A program made the position numbers and the translations under genes. From Archangiaceae bacterium (GTDB lineage: Bacteria; Myxococcota; Myxococcia; Myxococcales; Myxococcaceae): a DNA stretch of 33,162 nucleotides. The notes under the pieces are model-generated. The model worked only from the letters and a program-made list of their open reading frames with translations. It did not search any database and had not been told where the DNA came from. Location of the stretch: assembly GCA_043750125.1 (NCBI GenBank), contig JAYVCD010000116.1, positions 1-33,162 on the forward strand. The letters run 5' to 3'. Positions 8,618 to 16,745 of this stretch are shown here, one piece after another; position 1 is the first letter of the stretch; each line of letters begins with the position of its first letter.

Positions 8618-9270
8618 TCTGGTTGATGTTGTTGGCCGCCAGCCCCGACGCAGGACGAATCTGCAAGCCGCTGCCCCCCGACACTCAGCTCAAGGTGAGC
8701 TTCAAGGCGGGGTCGACGGTCGAGGATCTCGCCCACTTCGCGAGCGCCATTCTTTGCGAGCCGTGGAAAGTGTCGGCCGCCGCGCGCAAACGCACCTTGA
8801 AGCTGTCGGTCGACGGGGACGTCTACGGCCGCCAGCTGCCTGCCCTGTTCGCCCTGCTCACCGAGTCCGCCGGAGTCGACCCCGCCGAGCTGCCGTCGGC
8901 TTCGTCCGCCCCTTCCGCCTGTCATCCCCGGTTGCTGGCTGCGATCGTCCCGGTCGATTCGTGGACGCGCCGGATTCCCGCTGCGTCCAGGGGGCCGCTG
9001 CTCGAGTGCGCTCCGGGCCAATTGCGGGTCGTGCCAGCGTTCAAGGAAGGTGCGGCCCAGGGCTTCAAGCTCTTCGGCATTCGACCGGGAAGCCTCGGAG
9101 AAGCGCTCGCTTTTCAAAACGGAGACATCGTGCTCGCGGTGAATGGGGCGGGCCTGTTGAGCGCGGACCAGGCGCTCGAGGCGTACGCGAAGCTCAACCA
9201 GGCCACCGAGCTGAAGATCGCGATCGTCCGAAAGGGCGAGCCCCGCACACTCACCTGGCTGCTGCGCTGA
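8614..9270 (+). CDS. Putative exported protein with a C-terminal GspC-type PDZ domain and an N-terminal secretin-N0-like segment
   Basis: ATGA overlap with the desulfurase stop; short hydrophobic N-terminus; VVPAFKEG..GFKLFGIRPGS..FQNGDIVLAVNG..IVRKGEP is typical of GspC PDZ domains. Confidence 0.65.
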   Translation: MIWLMLLAASPDAGRICKPLPPDTQLKVSFKAGSTVEDLAHFASAILCEPWKVSAAARKRTLKLSVDGDVYGRQLPALFALLTESAGVDPAELPSASSAPSACHPRLLAAIVPVDSWTRRIPAASRGPLLECAPGQLRVVPAFKEGAAQGFKLFGIRPGSLGEALAFQNGDIVLAVNGAGLLSADQALEAYAKLNQATELKIAIVRKGEPRTLTWLLR

Positions 9271-9282
9271 ACAGCTGCAAGG

Positions 9283-10314
9283 TCAGTCGAGCCCGCGCTG
9301 GTGGAGCTCTTCTTCGTCGAGCCCCAGCAGGTGCCCCACCTCGTGCAGCACCGTGACTCCGATTTGTTCGATCAGCTCTTCGGGGCTGCGGGCGAACCGT
9401 TCGAGGTTCCGCTGGTAGAGGACGATCTGCGCCGTGGTGTGATGCTCGGCGACCGTGGGGTTGCGCTCGTCGATGGGCGTGCCCTGAAACACCCCCAGAA
9501 TGGTAGGCGTCACCTCGCCTGAGCCCAGTGACTCGTCGTCGGGAAAGGGCTCGACCGAAATGGTGACGTTTCCCAGCTCGGTCTTCGCGTGCGCTGGCAG
9601 CCGGGCGATCGCCGCCTTCACCGCCGCATCGAACTGAGGCTCGGACAACGTCACCGCCGCCGGGAACGCGTCGGGATCCAGCCGGGTCGCCTTAGCAAAG
9701 AGGACACCGGCCCGGGCGGCGTCTCCTTCGCGCTCGGCCAGAAGCCCCAGGTAGTGGGGCGGCCAGGGATCTTCAGGAAGCTCCTTGGCGAGCACGAGCA
9801 ATTGTTCTTTTGCAGCGCCGAACCGCCCGAGATCAAACAGCGTCACCGCCCGCTCGAGCCGGGCCTCGGGCTCGTCGGGGTTCAACTTCAGCGCCTGCTC
9901 GAGCGCCTTCAAGGCCTGCGGGAGCTCGCCCAGTTGGTTCAGACAGATGGCTTGAAGCATCAACCACTCGAAGTGGATCCGGTCGTCTTGCCGGACCTGG
10001 CTGTCGATTCGCGAGAGCAGCTTCATTCCCGCTTCGAGACGATCTTGATCATCACCGGGCTGCCGAATCATCACGTCCGCGGCTGCGAGCACCCACGAAG
10101 GCTCGTCGGGTTCGCGCTCGATCAGCTGGGCGTACACCGTGTCGGCATCTTCCCACCGGCCGAGCTCTGCCAACGCGGCCGCCCTCAGGCCCAGCGCCTC
10201 GAGATCCTCGGGGGCCAAACGCAGGGCGTGCTCGGTCTTCTCGAGGGCCTCTTCGAAGCGCCCGTCGTCGAGCGCGTTTCCGGCCTCATCGAGCAAAGAA
10301 TCCAGTGAAAGCAC
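9283..10314 (-). CDS. TPR-repeat protein with a C-terminal minimal zincin (DUF1025/Zincin_1-like) metallopeptidase domain
   Basis: Several TPR-like repeats; ILGVFQG, IVLYQRNL, TVLHEVGHLLGLDEEEL (HExxH). Confidence 0.85.
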   Translation of the reverse strand: MLSLDSLLDEAGNALDDGRFEEALEKTEHALRLAPEDLEALGLRAAALAELGRWEDADTVYAQLIEREPDEPSWVLAAADVMIRQPGDDQDRLEAGMKLLSRIDSQVRQDDRIHFEWLMLQAICLNQLGELPQALKALEQALKLNPDEPEARLERAVTLFDLGRFGAAKEQLLVLAKELPEDPWPPHYLGLLAEREGDAARAGVLFAKATRLDPDAFPAAVTLSEPQFDAAVKAAIARLPAHAKTELGNVTISVEPFPDDESLGSGEVTPTILGVFQGTPIDERNPTVAEHHTTAQIVLYQRNLERFARSPEELIEQIGVTVLHEVGHLLGLDEEELHQRGLD

Positions 10315-10387
10315 GCGGGCCTCTTAGCCGAGCCGACATCGCCTGTCGCGCCAGGCCCCCGTGCAAGAAGTGCGTTCGAGCGCTGCT

Positions 10388-10783
10388 GTGATAAAAGTCG
10401 AGCCCGTGCCGCCCGGACCTTTGATCAAAATTCTGGTCGTCGACGATGACCTTGCGCAGTCGGCGCTGATTTCGAAGTTTCTGACCAAGCACGGCTACTC
10501 GGTGCTGACCGCGCCTTCTCCGATTGAAGCGATGCAGATGCTTCACACCGATGACATCAAGCTCGTCATCACCGACCTGATGATGCCTCACGTCGATGGC
10601 ATTTCATTCGCTCAGCAGATCCACGCGGTCCCGCGCCTGAAGGACATGCCGATCATCCTCGTGACGGCCTGGCACTCGGAAGAGATCAGCGAGAAGGGCA
10701 TGCGCAAGGGCATCGCGTTGACCATGAGCAAGCCGATCGAGTTCAACAAGCTGCTCGATCTGGTCGGCTTCGCGACCCATTGA
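10388..10783 (+). CDS. Single-domain response regulator (CheY-like receiver)
   Basis: ILVVDDD, ITDLMMPHVDG, LVTA, SKP; start uncertain (GTG at 10361, 10388 or 10406). Confidence 0.9.
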   Translation: MIKVEPVPPGPLIKILVVDDDLAQSALISKFLTKHGYSVLTAPSPIEAMQMLHTDDIKLVITDLMMPHVDGISFAQQIHAVPRLKDMPIILVTAWHSEEISEKGMRKGIALTMSKPIEFNKLLDLVGFATH

Positions 10784-10790
10784 AATTCCG

Positions 10791-12701
10791 TCAGCCCTTC
10801 ACCCCGGAAGCGGCTGGAGTCTCGCCACTGTCTCGTCGCTTCACCACGTTCGGTCCGCGCTCGCGGTCCGGGTGCATTTCCATTCCGGCCGCGTAGGACG
10901 TGACCTTGTTCCGGCCATTGCGCTTGCTCGCGTAGAGCGCCGAATCGGCACAGTCGACCAGCTGACCCTGCTCGACCGCATCGACCGGAAGGTTGGCGAC
11001 TCCGACCGAAATGGTGACCTTCCCACCAGGCTGAACTTCGCGGTGCTCGATCGGAGCTTCCTCCACCAGGCGACGAAGCTTGTCTCCGACTTCGAGCGCC
11101 TCGGCCCGCGTCACCTGGGGAAGCAGCACGACGAACTCTTCGCCCCCGTAGCGGGCCAGAGTGTCGACGCGGCGCACGCTGCCCTGCATCAGCTCGCACA
11201 CGTGGCGCAGCACGCTGTCGCCGGCAGGGTGTCCCGCGGCGTCGTTCAGCTTCTTGAAGTGGTCGATGTCGATCATCAGGAATGAAAGCTGAGTTCCGAA
11301 CCGATTGGCACGCGCGATTTCCAGCTCGAGCTGCGCGAACAGGTGGCGGCGGTTCGAAACGCCCGTCAGCGGGTCGGTGATCGACAGCTCGACCGTCTGC
11401 TCATGAAGCCGCGCGTTCTTCACCGCCAACGCTGCGTGGTCGGCCACCGCGGTGAAAAACTCGATCTCGCTGGCGGCGAAACCCGCCTTCTCAGGTCGCT
11501 CGAAGTTCAAGACTCCCAGCAGCTCTTCGCCGTGAAGCATCGGCAACGCGAGCAGGCTTCCCCGGCCCTTGGCGCCGGCCCCGCCGCGCATCTTGAAGAA
11601 GACCTGATCGCCCTCGAGGTCCGCCACGTAGACCGACTTCCGGGTGGCCGCCGCGTGACCACAGACTCCTTCGCCCACTGCGAACGAGAGGCCTTCGCTG
11701 CCGGGAGGATGTGCCTTGCGCACTTCGAGCCGCGCCTCTTGAAGCAGCATGATCGAAAACTTCGGCACGTTGAGCCGGGCCGGCACGGTGTCGGTGATTT
11801 TCTGCAACACCTCGTTCAGCTCGATCGACGACGTCACCGCGCGCGCCACGTCGTAGAGAATCGACAGCTCTTTGATTCGGCCTTCGAGCTGGCCTTTGAG
11901 CTCGAGCTCTCCCCGCGCCTCGTCCAGGTCGCGCCGGTTGTCGATCTCTTCGGCCTTCAAGGAAGTGATTCGATTCAGCATCCGATTGAACGCCCGGGCC
12001 AGCCGGCCAATCTCGTCCTCGCTGGTCTCTTCTGCGCGGGTCAGAAAATCGCCTTCCTCCGCACGCTTCATCGCTGCGGTCAGCTTCTGCAGCGGAGAGG
12101 CGAGGAAGATTCGCAGGCTCACTGCGGTCGCGCCCACCAGGGCCCCCGAGAACAGCAGCAAGATCATCAGCGCCTGAATGAAGCCCCCGGCCACTGACTG
12201 TTGCAGCGACGCCTCGTGCACTCTCAATTGCAGCATTCCCGCGCGCATCGTCGCTTCTCCGACATGACAGCCAGCGCAGGCCACGCCACCCAGGGGCAAC
12301 ACCACTTCGGTTCCCCCGGTGACCGCTGGCCGGGGCCCAGAAGGCTTGTCCTCTTCCTCGACATTCCGCGACCAGCGCACGATGCCGTTGGCCCCGAGAA
12401 TCCGCAGCGACGAGATGTTGGCCTGGGTCGCCCAACCCGATCGCATCGTCTGAGTCACCGCCCGGTGCACCGCGCGCGGGCCTCCGGGTTGGGTCGCATC
12501 GGCCGCGTCGGCCAGCGAAAAATTGCCCGCCACGAGCTCGGCCATGCGTACCGCTTCTTCCTGACTGGCCTGACGGACAGCCTGATCGGTGCGCTGCCAG
12601 AGGATTCCCAACGCCACCAGCGCCAACGCCAACGTCGGCAACGCGATGCTCAGCAGCAGCTTTTTGCCTACAGAGTTCAGCGGTGCTCCAGCCAGAGACA
12701 G
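10791..12701 (-). CDS. Membrane diguanylate cyclase: TM - extracytoplasmic CxxCH sensor - TM - HAMP - GAF - GGDEF
   Basis: CAGCH between two hydrophobic segments; HAMP (DEIGRLARAFNRM); GAF; TDPLTG, DIDHFK, RRVDTLARYGGEEF; start either TTG 12641 or CTG 12701. Confidence 0.9.
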   Translation of the reverse strand: MSLAGAPLNSVGKKLLLSIALPTLALALVALGILWQRTDQAVRQASQEEAVRMAELVAGNFSLADAADATQPGGPRAVHRAVTQTMRSGWATQANISSLRILGANGIVRWSRNVEEEDKPSGPRPAVTGGTEVVLPLGGVACAGCHVGEATMRAGMLQLRVHEASLQQSVAGGFIQALMILLLFSGALVGATAVSLRIFLASPLQKLTAAMKRAEEGDFLTRAEETSEDEIGRLARAFNRMLNRITSLKAEEIDNRRDLDEARGELELKGQLEGRIKELSILYDVARAVTSSIELNEVLQKITDTVPARLNVPKFSIMLLQEARLEVRKAHPPGSEGLSFAVGEGVCGHAAATRKSVYVADLEGDQVFFKMRGGAGAKGRGSLLALPMLHGEELLGVLNFERPEKAGFAASEIEFFTAVADHAALAVKNARLHEQTVELSITDPLTGVSNRRHLFAQLELEIARANRFGTQLSFLMIDIDHFKKLNDAAGHPAGDSVLRHVCELMQGSVRRVDTLARYGGEEFVVLLPQVTRAEALEVGDKLRRLVEEAPIEHREVQPGGKVTISVGVANLPVDAVEQGQLVDCADSALYASKRNGRNKVTSYAAGMEMHPDRERGPNVVKRRDSGETPAASGVKG

Positions 12702-12742
12702 GTTTTTTCCCCCACGCGGCCCAAATGCCGTGCGCGGAAAAT

Positions 12743-12771
12743 AGCTTCGATTTCATGACGCAGAATGTCAA
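12743..12771 (-). promoter_or_regulatory. Possible sigma70-type promoter for the DGC gene, overlapping a TGAC-N7-GTCA inverted repeat (12756-12770)
   Basis: Perfect TTGACA on the minus strand at 12771-12766; the -10 match at 17 nt spacing is weak (GAAGCT). Confidence 0.3.
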
Positions 12772-12800
12772 ACAGCGCTTCGAACTAGAATGGCGCGACT

Positions 12801-13529
12801 TTGGACTTGATCCTCTCGAAGCTGTTGAAAGTCCCTCACGGGTTTCCCACCCGGAAAGGAGGCGTCTCTACCGGTCCCTGGGCCAGCCTCAATGCGGGGG
12901 CTGCAGTGGGAGACGAGCCGGGGGCCGTGGCGATGAACTTTCAGCGGCTCGCCGTTGCAGCCCAGGTCGAGCGCGAACGGTTGTTTTCGGTGCGCCAGGT
13001 GCACGGAGACACCGTCGTCGAGGCTCCCGTCAGCGAGGACCTCGAGGCCGATGCGATCTGGTCTGGGCGGGCAGGGGACGGGGTGGGGGTAAGGACCGCC
13101 GACTGTGTGCCGCTGTTGCTGGTCGACCCCAGGGGGCAGCGGGTCGCGGCGGTGCACGCCGGCTGGAAAGGAACCTTTTTGGAAGTTGCCGCCCGGACCG
13201 TAGAGGCGCTGACCCGCGCGGGCTCGAGACCGGCCGACCTCAGGGCCGCGATTGGGCCGTCGATTGGCCCGTGTTGCTATGCGGTCGGCGAAGATCTGGT
13301 CGCGCGGTTCGCCGAGCGCTTTCCGCCCGAAATCTGTGTGAGGCGGACTTCGGGCCCCCACCTCGATCTCCCGTTGGCGGTGCGAACGACGCTCGTGCGT
13401 TCAGGAATTCCCCCCGAGCAGATCGACAGTTTGGGAATCTGCACCGCGTGCGACCTGCGCTTCTACTCGCACCGTCGCGATCGCGGGCTGACGGGGCGGC
13501 ACTTCTCGTTCATCACCTGCCGCTTCTAA
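12801..13529 (+). CDS. pgeF: PgeF/YfiH family protein (purine nucleoside phosphorylase/laccase-like, peptidoglycan editing factor)
   Basis: HGFPTRKGGVS, QVHG, ADCVP, HAGWKG, GPSIGPCCY, CTAC, FYSHRR. Confidence 0.92.
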   Translation: MDLILSKLLKVPHGFPTRKGGVSTGPWASLNAGAAVGDEPGAVAMNFQRLAVAAQVERERLFSVRQVHGDTVVEAPVSEDLEADAIWSGRAGDGVGVRTADCVPLLLVDPRGQRVAAVHAGWKGTFLEVAARTVEALTRAGSRPADLRAAIGPSIGPCCYAVGEDLVARFAERFPPEICVRRTSGPHLDLPLAVRTTLVRSGIPPEQIDSLGICTACDLRFYSHRRDRGLTGRHFSFITCRF

Positions 13530-13541
13530 GTCGCGGGCCGG

Positions 13542-14150
13542 CTATTTCGCTTTCGCGGCAGTCGCGGCTTTCTGCGCCGCGATCCACTTGTGCATCCGCT
13601 CTTGCAGCACTTCCATCGGCAAGGCCCCCGCGCCCAGAAGCTCATCGTGGAAGGCGCGAATGTCGAAGCGGGCTCCGAGATCTTTTTGGGCTTCGTCGCG
13701 CAGCCTGGAAATCGCCAATTGCCCCACCTTGTAGGCCAACGCCTGGCCGGGCCATGCGATGTAACGGTCGGTCTCGCTCTGCACCGTCGGCTCGTCGATG
13801 TTCGAATGCGCGTGGAAGTAGTCCACCCCCTGCTGGCGGTTCCAGTGTTTGAAAATGAAAGCCGGTGTCGACCACGAGACGAATCGCGCGAAGCATTTCG
13901 TTCTGTAGCCGCTCGTAGTCGCTGTACGGGGCCTGGTAGAGCCCCACCTCTTTCCCCAGCCGTTCCGAGTAGACGTTCTGGTCCAGAACCCGGGCGACCT
14001 GCTTCAGCCGAGCGATGCAGTCGTCGAAGTCCTTGATCGTGTCGAAGGGCAGTTGGGAAACCAGCTGGGGAAGATCAATGTGGGCGCCGGTCATCTGGTT
14101 GATCGGCATCTGCCAGTCCTTGAACTTTGCGAGGTCCAGCTGCTGTAGGC
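13542..14150 (-). pseudogene. DUF885-family gene remnant: 5'-truncated, large in-frame internal deletion, one frameshift
   Basis: MPINQMTG..LPFDTIKD..RL joined directly to YSERLGKEVGLY..RAIRLVVDTG; frameshift at the A4 run 13852-13855; C-terminus ETDRYIAWPGQALAYKVG..FDIRAFHDELL. Confidence 0.8.
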
Positions 14151-14306
14151 CAACCCGTACAACAGCCAAGGTGCGAGCCAAGGCGGAAGGAAGTCGAGCT
14201 GGGTCGAGGCCAGCCGCGAAATGCCAACGAAGCCCCATGCCAGCAAACCCAACGCGCGCAGCCACAGGTGAGCCTGGCCGAGCTGTGCGTGTTCTTCTCG
14301 GCCCAT
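14150..14306 (-). pseudogene. N-terminal fragment of a membrane protein fused out of frame to the DUF885 remnant
   Basis: MGREEHAQ..LWLRALGLLAWGFVG..WLAPWLLYGLAY has two TM-like segments, then the frame runs into DUF885 sequence and stops. Confidence 0.4.
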
Positions 14307-14400
14307 TGCTCAATCATCCTGGCTGCGATCTGAAAGGCGCCGGCCGCGCGCCGGGGTGCGACCTCGCACGACAGACCTGTTGCAACGGCAGGCCGAATTC

Positions 14401-14430
14401 TTGACGGTCTGGAAACAGGGTCCGTACACT
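14401..14430 (+). promoter_or_regulatory. Putative sigma70 promoter TTGACG-N18-TACACT
   Basis: Near-consensus -35 and -10 boxes ending 15 nt before ATG 14446. Confidence 0.55.
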
Positions 14431-14445
14431 TCGCCTGCCATCCGC

Positions 14446-15207
14446 ATGTTCCTCTTCATGGGTCCCCTCGCGCTGGCAGCCTGCGCGACGCCGGGGGCTG
14501 CACCGCACTCAGAGCTGACCGAGCTCAAGGCCGAAGTGCGCGCGCTGAAGGAAGAGAATGCCCGGCTGGAAAAGCGCCTCGAACGATCCGGGCAGCAGGC
14601 GTGGATGCCACCCCAGCCGGCCGCGGTTGTGGCTGCGACCGCGCCGATTCCTGAGCCCCAGGGCGCTTCGCAAGCAGTGCCGTGGTTGACAGTGGTGAAG
14701 CTCAAGCCGCGAGCGCAGGCCGCTCCGAAACTATCGACCGGGGTCTCGATCATCGAGCCGGGCGCGGACGTGATCGATGCTTTGAAGAACGCGACCCCCG
14801 AGCCGGCCGAAGAGACGGACCTCGACGTGGGCGACGCGTTTTACGAGCAGGGAGTCAGTGCGCTGAAGACCGGAAATGTCGCCGGCGGCATTCTCGAGCT
14901 GCAGAAGTTTGCCAGCGAGTCTCCTCGCCACCCGCGAGCAGACAACGCGCTGTACTTCGTGGGCCTCGGGTTGATGGGCCTGGACGACATCGAAGGAGCG
15001 GCGAAGACTTTCGAAGACGTAGTCGCGCGCTACCCTGCGGGGGACGCGGTGCTCGACTCGTTGCTCAAGCTTGGCGAATGCAGGGTCCGGCTCAACAAGC
15101 CGGCCGACGCGCGTGTCGTCTACCAGAAGATCGTCTCGACCTATCCGGGCACCACGGCTGCTACTGCAGCGCGGGCTCGCTTGTCTTCGCTCACCGGTTC
15201 CCCATGA
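14446..15207 (+). CDS. CpoB/YbgF-like lipoprotein (coiled coil plus TPR)
   Basis: Lipobox LAAC; coiled coil ELKAEVRALKEENARLEKRL; TPR motifs ADNALYFVG, SLLKLG, YQKIVSTYPGTTAA. Confidence 0.8.
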   Translation: MFLFMGPLALAACATPGAAPHSELTELKAEVRALKEENARLEKRLERSGQQAWMPPQPAAVVAATAPIPEPQGASQAVPWLTVVKLKPRAQAAPKLSTGVSIIEPGADVIDALKNATPEPAEETDLDVGDAFYEQGVSALKTGNVAGGILELQKFASESPRHPRADNALYFVGLGLMGLDDIEGAAKTFEDVVARYPAGDAVLDSLLKLGECRVRLNKPADARVVYQKIVSTYPGTTAATAARARLSSLTGSP

Positions 15208-16370
15208 CCCTGAAAATTATGACCCTGCGCCACCCGCTGTTTGTGTCCCTTGTCTTCCTCGCGCTCGACGCCGGTACGGCCCGGGCCCAGAACGAGACCG
15301 AGCTCAAGCCGGGAACAGAAGAGACCGAGCAGCCCATTCCCGCCGCACCAAGCAAGGGCTCTGCGTCGAACCACACCGTCGTGAAGGACGACACGCTGTG
15401 GGACCTGTCGCAGAAGTACCTCGGCAGCCCGTGGTACTGGCCCAAGGTCTGGTCCTATAACCCTGAGATTGCCAACCCCCACTGGATCTACCCGGGCAAC
15501 CAGGTTCGCTTCCTGCCCACCGGCGAAGAGGTTCCGACCCAGGTCGAGGTCGGCGGTGGGCCAGAAGAAGTCGAGCAGGGACAGCTGATCGAAGAGGATC
15601 GCGTTCAGGTCTCGGGCAAGATCGGCTACCAGGGCAAGGGCAGCATCAGCGTCCGGGTCGAGGGCTTCGTCACCGATAAAGAGATCGAAGAGGCGGGCAC
15701 CATCGCCGGCTCGTTCGGCGAGACCCAGATGCTTTCCTTTCCCCAGCAGCTCTACGTCAGCTTCAAGAAGGCGGGCGCGGTGAAGATGGGCGAGCCGTAC
15801 GTCATCTACCGCACCACCACCAAGCTCAACCACCCGTACGGGGGAAGCTTCGGGTACCTCACTCATGTGATCGGCACCGCGAAGGTCGTCCGGTGGAGCG
15901 ACAAGGAAAAGCTCGCCACCCTTGAAATCGTCGGAGACTGGGAAGAGATGATGCGCGGCGATCTGGTCGGGCCCGCGGGCGAAAACATGATCCGCTCGAT
16001 CGCGCCGCGGCCCAGCAGCAAGAAAGTCGAGGGCGGAGTCGTCGTCGCCGGCGGTCGCTACTGGTTCTCGACCTTCGGTGAACACGAGCAGATGTTGATC
16101 GACAAAGGCAGCGCCGACGGGGTCGAGAAGGGGAACATCTTCACCATCTTCCGCCACATGGACAGCGTGACCAGCGGGGACACGATCAACAAGCCGAACG
16201 TCCTCGACCTGAAGTGGCCGAAGGAAGACGTGGGCCAGTGCATGGCGGTCGAGGTGAAGACCCGGGCCACCACCTGCATCATGGTTCGCTCGATTCGCGA
16301 GATCATCGCCGGCGATCACGTCGAGATCCGGCCCGCGTCCGGTGGCGGCCGCGCCGGTGCATCGAGGTAG
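15204..16370 (+). CDS. Exported LysM peptidoglycan-binding domain protein
   Basis: Signal peptide; HTVVKDDTLWDLSQKYLGSPWYWPKVWSYNPEIANPHWIYPG; C-terminal IDKGSADGVEKG beta domain; ATGA coupling to the upstream gene. Confidence 0.88.
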   Translation: MTLKIMTLRHPLFVSLVFLALDAGTARAQNETELKPGTEETEQPIPAAPSKGSASNHTVVKDDTLWDLSQKYLGSPWYWPKVWSYNPEIANPHWIYPGNQVRFLPTGEEVPTQVEVGGGPEEVEQGQLIEEDRVQVSGKIGYQGKGSISVRVEGFVTDKEIEEAGTIAGSFGETQMLSFPQQLYVSFKKAGAVKMGEPYVIYRTTTKLNHPYGGSFGYLTHVIGTAKVVRWSDKEKLATLEIVGDWEEMMRGDLVGPAGENMIRSIAPRPSSKKVEGGVVVAGGRYWFSTFGEHEQMLIDKGSADGVEKGNIFTIFRHMDSVTSGDTINKPNVLDLKWPKEDVGQCMAVEVKTRATTCIMVRSIREIIAGDHVEIRPASGGGRAGASR

Positions 16371-16477
16371 TCGGCATTACGGTCGTCCGATTTTAAGCAA
16401 AGGGGCTCCTCTGTGCTTTTGCAGATGAATGGAAACGGCGCTGCAGGAGCAAAATCTGTGTCTTGGGGTTGAGCAGA

Positions 16478-16745
16478 TGGACGGCTTGAACGCGATGAGG
16501 CCTGGCGGCTGGAAAACGGCGGTCGCGATGCAACTTTTTGCGAGCGCTGCAGCCGCCGGGGCTGATCGACATCACCTTCAACGTCGGCAACGGCATTTAC
16601 CGTCGGCCGCTGGGCCCGAGCCTGTGGATCGAGGTCGTTCTCAACGTTCTCTCACTGGCCCTGGGCAGCTGGGGCATCTGGTTTGGCTGGCGAAATCGCC
16701 TTGCCTTTCTGACCGAGGCGGTCCCTCGAGCGCCCTCGCCGCGCG
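16478..16745 (+). pseudogene. Fragmented small membrane-protein gene
   Basis: MRPGGWKTAVAMQLFA in one frame and ALQPPGLIDITF..LWIEVVLNVLSLALGSWGIWFGW (TM-like) in another; no clean start or stop. Confidence 0.35.

Noticed and set aside
5419-9270. Genomic island integrated at selC
   Set aside because: No integrase next to the tRNA and no duplicate of its 3' end found in the window
14682-15203. N-terminal extension of the 562-aa ORF
   Set aside because: It overlaps the CpoB-like gene in another frame; the LysM protein signal peptide starts at about 15204
16395-16420. Intrinsic terminator after the LysM gene
   Set aside because: The stem is interrupted and the U tract is short; too weak to call
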